From Adineta vaga (taxonomy: Eukaryota; Animalia; Rotifera), in contig CP075493.1 in assembly GCA_021613535.1 (NCBI GenBank), forward strand, positions 372,001-436,000: DNA of 64,000 bases, written 5' to 3'. Below the pieces are notes generated by a model that saw nothing but the letters and a program-made list of their open reading frames with translations, had not been told where the DNA came from and searched no databases. Shown here piece after piece: positions 12,202 to 24,680 of this stretch. The translations under genes and the position numbers were made by a program. Numbering within the stretch: position 1 is the stretch's first letter; each line of letters starts with the position of its first letter.

Positions 12202-13124
12202 TTAGTAGATATATAATTTATCTGACTTTTAATCCTTCCTTTCCCCCCTCGTCGAAAGTTTACAGTGCCTAACAGACACTTGTATGTTTTTTTTTGTAGA
12301 GTGACACAAACACAGTTCTACCTTCTCTTATGATAGAGCTGGTGACCTGTATACTATATGAAAAGAAAGAGGGCTTTTTTAACTTAAAATCTGCTGGAAA
12401 AGTTCTCCACCATCAGTTCTATTTCGAAGCAAAAATAACAGAACATCCTAAAAAAAGATTGTTAAATTCACTTTGTAGAGTAACATTTTGAAGACTGTGT
12501 ACCCTATAACTCTGCAATGAATCGCTCGATTTGGCTTCAATTTTTATAGTAGACACAAAACAAAAAGTTTTTAAGCGGCAAACGTTTCAGTCCTTAATCA
12601 TGTACCGTTCGAAAGAAATTTACATTATATTGGAAACTGACGAGTAACATTGTTCATTAAAACAACGCTTTTAGTTGTACGTTTACATCAGCAGGAGTCG
12701 TATCTCGACCAATATGTGGTAAAGTGTCGGGAAAATCTTTGCTGTATAACATTGACAGCGAGTGTAATAAGATACACTACTCAGAAATTGTTTAGGTCTA
12801 TTTTTAGTTTTTTGAATCAATCGTACCAAAAAGTTGCAATTCACTCATTCATATCCCATGTAGAAAAAATACAAAAGATCTTATTTTAATCGGTTCTTTA
12901 ATGATGAAAAATTGATTGCAATGGCACGATTTTCATCCGGTCTTCATAAGATTTCAAATTCGTAAAAAGTCTGTAAAAATCTATTAAAATTTGAGAAATC
13001 AATTAAAATCTATTTTCTGTCGATATTGAATCAGAAAATGGATCATTAATCAGATTATTCTGATTTCCAACAAAAATCGATTTTAGTCAGATTTTTATAT
13101 GTTTTTTTTTACATAAGATATATT

Positions 13125-14510
13125 ATGGAATTATCAACTGCTGTAATCAACGAACATGACCAAGCTAAAATCTTCAAAAAGCAACCACGTCGTCGTCCAG
13201 TGATTCATGTTTTTACTGGCTTGCGTGCGTTAGCATGTTTATGGGTATTTGCGGCCCATCGTTCAGTGGAACCAACAGCTGAATTAAGAACATTGAACAT
13301 CGGATGGCTGGGGCATGCTGGAGGAGCAGGCGTTGCCGTGTTCTTTTGTTTGAGTGGTTTCATAATGGTATGGGTCTACAGTGATTGTGAATTTAAATCA
13401 TATGTATGTTATTGGTCTTTTATTGGGCGAAGAGTAGGTCGGTTATTTCCGTTATATTATTTATCGTTAGCTATATCCATATATGATGTTAAATGCATAT
13501 GGAGTACGGATAAACCATGTACATTAGTGAATTGGACAAATATAGTGTTGACCTTTTTAGGAATAAAATCATGGGTTCCATATGTTTTTACTGATTTAAT
13601 TTGGAGTGTTGTGGCGTGGAGTGTACAAACAGAGTTCTTCTTCTATGTTGCATTTCCCGGCGTGTTGCGTCTGATTCGTTATTTAATAAATATCAAGGAG
13701 ATTAGTCTTCCTCTCGATGAACAAGTTAAAAGAAGAACAATGAAACGGTTATATTTATTATGGTTTTTAGTTTTTTTTATATCTGGAATAATTCTTTTTA
13801 TTCGGGAACTCACACCTGAGGATCCATCTATACCATTTATTTCCAGACAAACACAAATATTTTATTACTTACCACTTACAAGAATTCCTGAGTTTATTCT
13901 TGGAGCAATTACAGGTATCATATTCATATTAAAATCATCAAATGATAATAGTGACCAGGAACAGTCTGATGTGGACGCGACTACTGCTTTAATATCAAAT
14001 AATAAACAACAACGACATATTGGATTTCCATCATCTTTAAAAAATTATTTTTCAAATTATAAATATTGTTATTTAGCTTTTGATAGTTATTTTGTATGCC
14101 AAGTAGTCTTTTTTATGATCATTTACTCACCACTTTTTACTATAGATCTAACACTTACTCGGTACGATGAAATATTATTTTACGGTCCCATAATTTCATT
14201 AATCGTATGCATTGTCCTTTATTTCTCTGCAAAATATCCACAATCATTAACATCAAAACTATTAGCATCATCATTACTTGTAGATATGGGTGATATTTCA
14301 TATGCATTTTATATTTTAGTTGAGACATTACCTAGACTATTACAACTTATAGCAGGTGTAGATGATACTAGTTTCATAATGCGTTTATGGGCTGGAATTG
14401 GTATTGCTGCGTTTGCACATTATTATATTGAAATGCCAGTATATAACTGGGTGAATACAAAATTACCTAAATGTCAATGCACATACAAGGTAGAACTACC
14501 AACAAATTAA
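13125..14510 (+). CDS. Acyltransferase-3 (OafA/YrhL-like) membrane O-acyltransferase, intronless
   Basis: 461-aa ORF with motifs FTGLRALACLWVFAAH, GVAVFFCLSGF, RRVGRLFPLYY, WSVQTEFFFY, RIPEFILG and GDISYAFY, plus many TM segments. Confidence 0.9.
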   Translation: MELSTAVINEHDQAKIFKKQPRRRPVIHVFTGLRALACLWVFAAHRSVEPTAELRTLNIGWLGHAGGAGVAVFFCLSGFIMVWVYSDCEFKSYVCYWSFIGRRVGRLFPLYYLSLAISIYDVKCIWSTDKPCTLVNWTNIVLTFLGIKSWVPYVFTDLIWSVVAWSVQTEFFFYVAFPGVLRLIRYLINIKEISLPLDEQVKRRTMKRLYLLWFLVFFISGIILFIRELTPEDPSIPFISRQTQIFYYLPLTRIPEFILGAITGIIFILKSSNDNSDQEQSDVDATTALISNNKQQRHIGFPSSLKNYFSNYKYCYLAFDSYFVCQVVFFMIIYSPLFTIDLTLTRYDEILFYGPIISLIVCIVLYFSAKYPQSLTSKLLASSLLVDMGDISYAFYILVETLPRLLQLIAGVDDTSFIMRLWAGIGIAAFAHYYIEMPVYNWVNTKLPKCQCTYKVELPTN

Positions 14511-14638
14511 TCAATTTATATATTCGAATATATTTCATAAAGTTTATCTTTTCCTTAATAACTAATCATATCCCTGTGCTAGTATGGTGTCAGTTTAAAA
14601 TAAAAATTCAATATAGTTCAATAAAATTCAATTTTTAA

Positions 14639-15250
14639 CACATTCAATGTAGTGGGTCCCACTAGTAGTATCCGTCTTATTTTAACAAAAAACTGAATAG
14701 AAAAACACTTTCTTATCCTTCGAACTTGAGCAGAAGGTTATACATGATATACCATCTGCTTTGTCTCGCTTTGCTTGAATTATTTATTGTATAGCGCGAC
14801 GCTTCTTGTTACAACAGTCAAAGGAAAAAAATTGATCTCAGTCAGAATGGAAGATTTTTGTTTTATTTCCTGTCGCATTACTTGCTTCTCTTGATTACTG
14901 TTGGCTGATTTCCTTATAGCAGCCAGCACAATGCCTTCGGACATCGCAGCCAGACTGTCCCTTTTCTTTGAACTACTGATCAGTTAGTTTGCGCTTGGAA
15001 TAACTTGAAACTGTAGAATGACCAGTTCACTTGCGGCTTAGTTTTTTGTGTATATCATATAGCTATTAACTATTGTCGTTCCAAGAAGCAATTCAAGTGT
15101 CACGTACTAGTACTATTTTATTCAGCGCCTGAGACATATATAGTATAATAATAGCTGCTCAGAAAAATCCGTGTCTTGCCTCTCATTGTTGTAATCTAAC
15201 ACAACTTGTAGCTTCATAATGCACTCATTTAGAATACTAGTTTTTCCAGT
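14639..15250 (-). mobile_element. Degenerate piggyBac 3' fragment with one terminus
   Basis: Minus strand reads LQVVLDYNNERQDTDFSEQLLLYYICLRR..LELLLGTTIVNSYMIY..RRHCAGCY..SREA, homologous to the 16769 ORF. It ends at TTAA|CACATTCAATGTAGTGGG (14635-14656). Confidence 0.75.
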
Positions 15251-15599
15251 GCTCACCAGAAGTCCTAAATGCAACAGCCTTGCAGACAAGAGGAGAAACG
15301 CGGATCCTGGGGAATTCTGAGGGATCCTGATACATTCTCCTGAATTCTGATAGATTCTATGAATCCATAAAAATCCTTTTAGATCCTGGAAAAGCTTTAC
15401 AAGTATCATCAACGCTGACAATATTTTGGTTTTTTATTTCTTTTCATCGATGTCTTATTTAATGAAGCCATTCGACTTAATCTATAGGTTGTTCTATCAT
15501 TATCTTTGTTTTATTCGTCTGCACATAACAAGGTTTTGTGTAGAATGCAACTGAATTATAATCGATTAATACACTCATCACGATTCTCTTCTTCATATC

Positions 15600-17330
15600 A
15601 TGACGTATCGTGAGTCAGAGCGAAATTTCCAGTTTTTTCCTACGTATTCTTGTATCTGTCATTTTACAGATAAAAGTAACCGAATTTTACAAATCCATCA
15701 CATGTTGTTCGAAGAAACCGATACAGAACAGAGCGATATCGTACTGAGTGAACTGGATTTTTTGGATGATGATCTGGGTAGAATGCACCTTGAATCTGGA
15801 AGCTCCGACGAAGAAATGTCTGATGGCGATGTGGATTTAGACGTCCAGAATGAAATAGAATCGGAATCGGATCGAGAATTTATGAAAGATCATGGATTCG
15901 TCGAAGAAGTGATTTCTGCTTCGGAAGATAATGTGGTCAGTCCTATCGATTATTATCGGCATTTCATCACAATCGAAATAATCGATATGCGGAGCAATAC
16001 TTGCAAGCCCATGAGGTTAGCAGACGATCCAAATATTGTAAATGGAAACCAACCACTGATGAAAAAATGTTGAAATTCTTTGGCAGCATTATCGAAATGG
16101 GGCTGATACAAATGCCGCAATTGAACCACTATTGGAACAGCAGTCCATTATACGGGTTGGAAATTGTTCGAAGCGCTATGTACAGAGAGAGGGTGGAATT
16201 ACTTCTCAAATGCTGGCATTTTTCGAATAACGATAACAAAGATTCGAGTCAAGACAGGCTGTTCAAATTGAAACCAATCATGGATTTATTGAAAGCCAGG
16301 CTTTGGTCAGTATATACGCCCCGTTCAGTTGTGACTATCGCCGAAACTATGATACCATGGAGAGGCAGGCTTTTTTTCAAACAATATATTCATGGCAAAG
16401 CACATAAGTATGGTGTGAAGATGTACAAGCTAGCGGCTACTAATGGATACACTTGGAATTTCGTGATCTATACTGGCTAACAAAATCCCACAGCAGGTCA
16501 TGGACATGCTCAAGCAGTAGTAACGAATTTACTAGATGGTTTTGAAGGATGCTATCGAACCGTCATAGCTGACAACTTCTATACCAATATTTCTTTTGCG
16601 AAACGTTCGTTAGAAGATGATACGTATTTTATTGGAATATTGAGAAGTAATCGTGTCGGATTGGGTAGCGAAGTTCGTGAGAAAAACCTTAGACGTGGCG
16701 AAATTTATGGACTGCAGAACAAAGACGGCGTCAAATAGATAAAGTGGAAAGACAAGAAAGACGTTTTAGTGATGTCTACAAGGTCGTCGCATTCAGCAAC
16801 TGTGATGAATACTAGAAATAGCAATAGTGAAAATGAACCCAGCATAAAGCCACAGGTAATGCTAGATTATAATGAAGGACGACAATGTACTGATCTGTCT
16901 GCTCAACTATCAGCCTATTACACGTGTCTCAGACGATCAATAAAGTGGTATCGAAAGGTAGCATTTGAATTGGTTTTTGGTACAGCAATAGTAAATAGTT
17001 ATTTGATATACAAGGAACACTACGCTGCAAGCAAAACCACCATTTTACAGTTTCGGGAAAGTCTTGTTCGATCTTTATTACTTGATATGCCGTTCGAGAA
17101 GTTGAAACCTGGTCCGAGACAACAATCAACAAATCATTTGAAGCGCAAACTAGACGGTCACAAGCTCGAAGAAAAGGAAGGGTCTGACTGCAGTATCCGA
17201 AGACGCTGTATTGATTGTTACGAGAAAAATAGGGAACAACAATCAAGAGAAGCGTGTCATTCAAAAACAAAGATAATAAAAACTTTCTGTTCTGATTGTA
17301 ACAAGTTTTTTTGTCTAAGTTCAATCGATG
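15600..17330 (+). pseudogene. piggyBac (PGBD) transposase pseudogene
   Basis: Acidic N-terminus, WHFSNN, TIAETMIPWRGRLFFKQY..KAHKYGVK (catalytic D changed to A), ADNFY, LDYN..KWYRK and a Cys-rich tail. Frameshift near 15990, stops at 16478 and ~16736, 3' end truncated. Confidence 0.9.
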
Positions 17331-17899
17331 CTAATTATGTATTTTCGGCAAGCACTTGACAAAAGAGTGAAGAACGAAGAGATTGAATTGAATCTTCTGA
17401 AAATTCAGAAAATGCAGAGTCTATATCAGTCGATACAGATCCTTGAAAACGAATACATTATCGAACTTTAAATAAAACTGATCGAGCAGAGAAGGAAACA
17501 TGTATCAGTGTGTAAACCGATCAAGATTTCGATGCACTTAGCTGTATAGTTAGTAGATTCTTAAGAATAATACGTTATTCCAGTGTTGACTATTAGGTGC
17601 TCAAGAGGTTTTAAAAAGATTTGTCGAGTCTATCAACAACTGCTAGTTCTCATCATGGTTTATCAGAATTCGTTTTTCATTGATAATATTGATCATACTT
17701 TTGTCAAATACTTTGTCTTTATAGTCTGAAGATGCAACTGGTGCAATTCAGTCAATATCGTCTGATTCTACAACCGATTGCTTTGTTCGATTTTCATCGC
17801 CGTTGATCAATGGTGTACCTCCATTAATACATTTAAAACAGATAATTATCATGAACTGGAGCAATGGTTTTACAATGTCAGTGAATCAAGTTCAATTAA

Positions 17900-20408
17900 C
17901 CCTTTCGCGCCGGGTTCTTTTTTCAGTGAGAAATGTGTGCGTTTCTAACGGAAAAATAGTTTTTCTTACAGTTTGTGAAAGGCTCATCTATCTAGAAGGA
18001 AAAACATCTTTCTCAATCTTTAATAAGTTCGTGACTCAATGACATCCACCCTTTACAACATAATTTTTATCAAAAATGTTTCAACGTGTGATAGGCATCG
18101 AAACACGGTACTACACATAAGCCAACGTTGCACTCCCTGCATTCGTAGCTGGTTTTTGTTTCCTGCTTTGGACCACGAGTTGTGTGACTGCAGACGAAGC
18201 AACGCCTTCGCCCGTCATTCGATCTTTCCACCTTTGATGGAAAATGTCGCGCTGTTATGCGGACAGGAGTCTCAATTGATGGTCTGCCGCGACTGTCCAG
18301 CTTTTGAGCGCCGAATTCTTCGATAAGTGCCCGAACAACGTTCAGTCGAAAATCGGAAAGGGCCATTTTTTCTCCAGTGTTCAGTTTGTACAGTACGCAG
18401 GCGTTGTAGAGCGAGATATCAAGGAAATGGAAAAAAAGCTTTTTGTACCACTTCAGCGACTTGCGGAGAGACTCAGAAAACGATATTTGCATGTCAGATT
18501 TATCGACAAGTCCCCTGTTTTCATTGTAATCTTGAACCGAAATGGGTTTCGAAATTCGACGACCTGTTCGGTAATGTGTTTTTTTGGTAGCTGTTATTTC
18601 TGTTCCGTGAATAGTTGAAATCATATGCACGTCCCTTTTGTCTTTCCATTTGAGAGCCAGAAGTATGTCAGTATCGAAACAAACCTGTTCATTCTCATTG
18701 AGGTCGAAGGCTTGAAAATTTGGTAAGCCACGGCGATTCACTTTCACGGTACCACAAGCCCCTGTTTTCTTCTGGTGTAATATTTCGAATAATGCAGGAC
18801 TCGAATACCAGCTATCAACGAATAAATTATGACCTCTATAAAGGTATTTTTCGATCATTTTCATCACGATGGCACCAGAAACACCTAGAGTATTATCACG
18901 CACTACAAAAGTTGATAATCCAGTATAGACTAGAAAATCTAAGATGAAACCTGTATGACAGTCACACAGCATGTAAAGTTTGATACCAAAACGGCTCCGT
19001 TTAGATGGAATATATTGCTTGATGCCAAGCCGACCTTTCCAAAGCATCAAGCTTTCATCAATCACTAGATTTTGATACGGATACATGACGTTACTAAATT
19101 TCTTCTTCAGATCATCCAGGACTAATCCAAACTTTGACAAACCATCGCTAGAAGAGACTTTTTCGTTGTCGACAAAGTGAAGATATCGTAACAATGAATC
19201 GTATCTGTCTCTGGGAAATAATATAGTGCCGAAAATCGGCGTCTCTGTGAGCGGATCAGTGGACCAATATTCTCTTATCCTGTGCTTCTTTACCCGAGAC
19301 ATAAGTATTGTCATTACCAGAAAAACATACAGCTCGCTAACGTTAACATCAACCCAGGAAGCCATGTGAGAAGATGACGATTGAGAATTTTGCGATTGTC
19401 TCCATTAGGTTTTGATCAAAGAAAATTCGAAAAAAATCTGCAGGATTTTGAAGTTGGTTATAAGCTAAACGCCGATTTATTCCTGATTTCGAAGAGTCGA
19501 GGGAATACAGGGATGGTGAAAAGTCGCCCTGAATCCACTCTTTGTTTGCAGAAGATGCACCATGTCTTGTAGTAAAACGATTAGTTAGAGACGAGTTTTC
19601 ATGCGAAGGCTCATCCATATCCATCGATTCAGAGTCGTCGATCTCATCAAGATCGAGATCCGTTTCCAAGTCGTTTTCGCTTTCAGAATCGGTACTTGAC
19701 CAAATTTCTGAATCTGCATGCTCATGTAAGCGTCGATGAGAAGCCATCGTATGGGAAAGTATACGAGTTTCAGATACGAAGTGATAAGCAGATATATATG
19801 GTGCAATATACTGTGCTCACCAATTGTTTTCTTGAAAATATGGCTTTATATGAAATATGTACTGGATTATTGTGTCAGTCAGTAGATGTATATACGCATA
19901 TATATATATATATATATATATTCAAAAGTACGGAAGAACAAAGAGCTTTCTAGAAAGCAGTAGAGATAAATCACGTATCATCATTGCAAAGAATAGAGCG
20001 AGAGAGAAAAATGACGTCGTTCGAACATACTAGTGGGAGAAAACGAGCTATGCAATTTTGTGCGTGTAAACAGAACGAAAGAAAATACGAATCGAATACG
20101 TGTGTGGGAACGATTTGCTTCAATACTAATGGAGGGTTGAACTGCGGACGAAACGTACGACTTCAAGTCCTATAGATTTAAGAAGCTAATGCTTTCAATT
20201 TTTTCGACAGACGAAACGAAATTTGAGATGATTCGCATTTAGAAATACATATTTACTGTGAAATCATCACCACCATCGGTCATTCTATTCTTGTAATAGA
20301 TAGAACTCCTCAAATACTGGTGTAAGATTATACCTAAAACCATATTAATACGGGTGTATAATGAAAAAACCTAGCCGTTCCATATATGGGACACCCGGCG
20401 CGAAAAGG
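17900..20408 (-). mobile_element. Full-length piggyBac transposon (2509 bp)
   Basis: TTAA target duplication at 17896-17899 and 20409-20412. 16-bp TIRs CCCTTTCGCGCCGGGT / ACCCGGCGCGAAAAGG with one mismatch. Confidence 0.95.
18070..19747 (-). pseudogene. piggyBac transposase with one frameshift
   Basis: Acidic N-terminal ORF 19349-19747 plus ORF 18070-19365 with VIDES, FVDSWY, VDKSD and C-terminal CFVC..CREC..LC..CF..YH. The frames are offset at ~19385, where the usual TNxY segment is missing. Confidence 0.9.
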
Positions 20409-22790
20409 TTAATACACATCTAATTGAACCTATACCAACGAATACCTGATCACTAGTACATTCGAGACCATTTATTCTTCCAGCGTATGGAACGGATGAT
20501 AAAGTCACATCAATCGATATTATTCGAAGATGAATGTATTTGTATTATCAATGTAAACAACGAGACATTCGTCTTGTTGGCTTTTGATCAGATTGTGCAC
20601 CCAAATATCACAAAGCCATGAGATTAACATTAGGAGTTTTTACTCGAGCACCAAATATCGATTTAATTAATGGCAATGACATGCTTCTTAATATCAATAT
20701 TCCATCGACATGGAATTTCTTTTCATGAGAAAGGTTCAGTTTATTTCTTTGTATGCAAGATGAAACTCATCTTGTAACTAAAATTAGGAATCGATTACTT
20801 TCACAGAAAGTAAATTTATGTATTAATCGGGGAGATATTCACGTGAATAATCTCTTTCATTTACTTGAATATAATTCGAATATTGAGTATAATTTAGTGA
20901 AAAGTGATATATTCTCTAATGATAGACAAAATTACTCATCATGTCATAAAATAATATCTGAGGATTTATAAAATTCATTAAAGTAAATAGGTGCCAAAGC
21001 TACTCATATATATTTATGTTTATTAAAATTAGTGATACTTGCTTATGTTAAATCCAGTACTAGTATTCATGATCGTTTGCTTTTTGGTTGGATAGTTGTT
21101 TTTGCATATCGAATGTGATGGTAATCAAAAGTAACATATAGTTTTCAGTTTAACTTCTTTTTTGTTTCGTAGGAGTAGCATTCAAATTCATCAAGATCTT
21201 TCTGCAGGAGAGAAAGATAACTGTTTCATTACGAAATCTGCTTTTCTTTCAGCAAAAATAAACATACATTGTTTGAGATCAATAATAATATTTGTGTCTA
21301 CAGGACAACTACTACCTTACTCATTGAATGCTTATCTGTTCAGTAGTCAAGCGTGCGAAGCAACATTCAAAACGGCTCGATCTTTAACTGGTGCATTTTC
21401 ATTAATCACTAATTTCTCTGTACATGAATTTCTGAATAGAATAGGAAAAATTTCAATTTTTAATCATTTAAAATCCACGGAAGAATCCAGTGATTCAACA
21501 TGTACATTAAAATTCCCTATTCATCATAAACATCAACGTAATGACTCTAATAATTCTATAAATAATCAAAATTTATCAACATTAACATTAAAATCTATTG
21601 AAAAAATTATAATCCAAGCGTATCATGAAGCTGAATTAATTATGCAAGATTTAAAACTTACTGAAACATTGCACAAACAAAAGTTAAATGATTTGAATAC
21701 GCTTAGTTCATTTGTTTTTCAACGAATAAGTAAAAATTTAACAATCGATTATTCTGCTATATGTAACAGTTATGATGAAGAAGATTCAGATGATGATAAT
21801 CAAAATTCGTATCATTTTACTATATCAAAGCAAGCGTTTCAAGGAATGAAAGTCTACGATACCATTAATCCAGCAAAAGCATGTCATTATTTCAAAAATT
21901 TTCTAAAGAACAAGCAAAAATGTATTCACAACCAAACAGTCGCAAGAATGCTAATTATTAATAAAACTCTTTGTCTTTTGACAGACAAGTACGAGCTCAA
22001 CAAACAAAAAAACAAAACTAATATATTTGTGATTTGTATCATTGTGTACTGTATTTGAAAAAAGACTGATATGAAACTCATTGTTTATATACGAATACGT
22101 TTATAGATGCAAGTAACATTAGATTGCTAAAACTACTAAAATTCCTTAGATTAGAGACGGACACTCAGCAGTATTTAGAAAGATTGTTAATAGAAATACT
22201 TAATCATGGTATTCCTTTTCGATGGGACCATTCTTATTACATAAAAATTCACAATTCTCTGGAAACTGTTATAACTTGCAGACGATCACAAGACAATAGT
22301 GTAACGAATTATAAAGATGGATGTGATGAAACCAGACACCATAATGTGTATCTAACTCTTGTGGTCTTGTACATCATTGATGGCAATTGATCTAGTTCAT
22401 CTCTTTATAACGTTACTGGCAAATGGAGAGACATATTATGCCTTTATTCCCGTTCAGGGCTTGATGTTTATTCGGCTATGTGCTACATCAAAGTGCAACA
22501 TTTGCACATACAACACGAGTTTATATAGTAGTGAGAAAGAAAGAGAGAACATGGAAGAATACAATTAGTTAATGGAAGAATAGAAAAGAGATAGGAGCAC
22601 GACATTCAATGAGATTGAACTTACGTAATCAATCAGTTCACATCTGGATGAGTGCAATTCTATTATTAAACCTTTCATCTTTCTCTTATGTAATACCATT
22701 CTAATCTACTACTATTCATTCTGTCGAGTTTCATTATAATGCATGAATAATTCATTAGCTATCTCAATTTGATGTAAGACTCAATAAAGA

Positions 22791-23130
22791 CCCAAGCCGA
22801 TGCTTCCGCAACCGGATCCGCCCGGAACCTTCGGGATCCTAGCATTTTCCCGCCTATTTCCTGCAGGTTCCACACCGGAACACAACGGATCCCTCCGGAA
22901 TCAAATCCGGAAAGTGGAAGCAGTTTTCCAACCGGAAATTCTCGGAACCGGATCCTTTCACATCCCGCGTATTCTCACAAACGGAAACTCCCTGGAACCG
23001 ACTCGAATCCGATAGGACCATCCCGAAAATGCATCAGAACCTGCCGGAAACGACCGGACATATCAACGTAAACGGTCGGAAAGACCACGTATCCGACAAT
23101 CCAAAGCCACGATTCTAAATCTCAAAAGCT
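22791..23130. repeat. GC-rich ccgga/ggatcc-motif repeat element end (related sequence at ~25720-26025)
   Basis: Dense ccggaa/ggatcc motifs starting cccaag. The related block ends ttgacatggg at ~26025, and similar blocks lie at ~31920 and ~33240-33530. Confidence 0.45.
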
Positions 23131-23633
23131 CCCGATGAACCTTTTGCGGATATTTCCACAAACGATAGTTAATCAAAAACAATCCACAAAAAATCCATAA
23201 AAAATCACTTGATTGCTCTTCCACATCCAGAATAAAGCCAGTAAAAGTCATCAGGATATTGTCGATAAATCCAGTAGAAATCGCTGATTTGTTTTCGATA
23301 AATCCATAAAAAATCACTTGATTGCCTTTCTAAATCCAGAATAATACCAGTAAAAGCCACCAGGTTGTTGTCAATAAATCCATAGTTGATCATTAATAAA
23401 TTCGAAGAAATCCATAAAAATCGAGTGGGTTACTTTGTTGATGATGCCAATAAAATCTCACCAGGAAATACAGACAAAAGTCTTGAAAAGACTTCTATTT
23501 ATAAAACTTGTGCCGCGAAAGAAAACGGTGAATGGGTAGTCGACCATGGAATCGATTCGAATTCGGTTTAGAACAGTTTCTGATTAAATATAGACAAAGT
23601 TCGAGTTTCAATTGAATTTGATTTTTGATCTAA

Positions 23634-24680
23634 AGATGGGCAAGTCAAGTCTCAAGGTATTTGACGTCACTTGGTCTCTTAGATTTTGGACAAAATAAAA
23701 ACTTGACTTGCCTTAACTTTTTATATTTGATCAAGTCACTGATCAAGTCCAAAACTGAATAAATATGTATAGGTGTCATACAGTTTAGTATTAGTTTTAG
23801 GGTTAAAAGTGTCAAAAAATTTGAATCAAGTACCATAGAATAACTTTTAGAGTGACTTGGGACCATAGATCGGAGGTTAACTCCATTTTTGCCTTGATTT
23901 CAAGTCACTTGTGGCCCCTCTTGAACTCGAAGATTTTCATATGTGGCTTAACCTGATCTGACTTGAGATATTTAAGCAATATCTTTAACTTGACTTGGGC
24001 AAAAAGTGAATGACCTGCTGATCTCGGTTTTAATCTAAAAGAAAACGTCATAAAATCGATTTTTGTCACATAAATCGTGTAAAATAATATATTTTAATCG
24101 ATCTTTTAGCATCAATCGAACGTAACCGATTTTCAATGTCGTAATTCGTTTCAAGAGATGTTCTCGATACGACGAGATCTTAGTTGATTAAACGCTGAAA
24201 AGAAACATAATTTAATTGATTTCTCAAATGGAAATGGACTTTTATCAGTTTCTCAAATACAGACATGGCAAGTCATCGACTTTTTGCCGAAGGCAAGTCA
24301 AAACTAATATCTGAAAAGTTCAAGTCAAATTATGTCTCGAAAATCTTCTAGCTCAAGTTATTCGACAAGTCAAGTCTCAAGTCACTTGATTTAACTTGCT
24401 TCGGATCAAAAATGGACTTGAGTTTTCATCGTTGATCCCAAATCACTCTATAAGTTTATCTATCGTTCTGAATTTAAAATTTTTTCTACATTTTAATTCC
24501 GAAATTAACACTGGAATGCATAAAACACCTGTATATATTTATTGAGTTTTGGACTTGGCTTATGACTTAATCAAATATAAAAGATGAAGTTAAGTTAAGT
24601 CATTTTTTGACTTGAATCGAATCAGGTCGAGTTAAATCAAGTGACTTGTGAGTTGATTTCATTTGACTTGTCCATGTCTG
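23634..24680. mobile_element. Two inverted copies of a ~400-bp caagtca/tgacttg-rich MITE (hAT-like CAG termini)
   Basis: Copy 2 has TIRs cagacatggcaagtca (24260) and tgacttgtccatgtctg (24664-24680). Its internal segment acacctgtatatatttattgagttttggacttg is the near reverse complement of caagtccaaaactgaataaatatgtataggtgt in copy 1 (~23634-24025). Confidence 0.6.

Larger units (their letters stand above)
17330..22060 (+). pseudogene. P-element/THAP9-like transposase relic, split by a piggyBac insertion
   Basis: Motifs SEDAT (~17725), VGF*SDCAPKY (~20576), QDETHLVTKIRNRLL (20756), SDI..DRQNY and FSSQACEATFKTARS (~21340). The reading frame continues across the TTAA site as SSSINTHLIEP. Boundaries are approximate. 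Confidence 0.65.

Noticed and set aside
16929-19806. Several antisense or alternate-frame ORFs of 60-130 aa
   Set aside because: They are shadows of the piggyBac transposase genes with no independent motifs.
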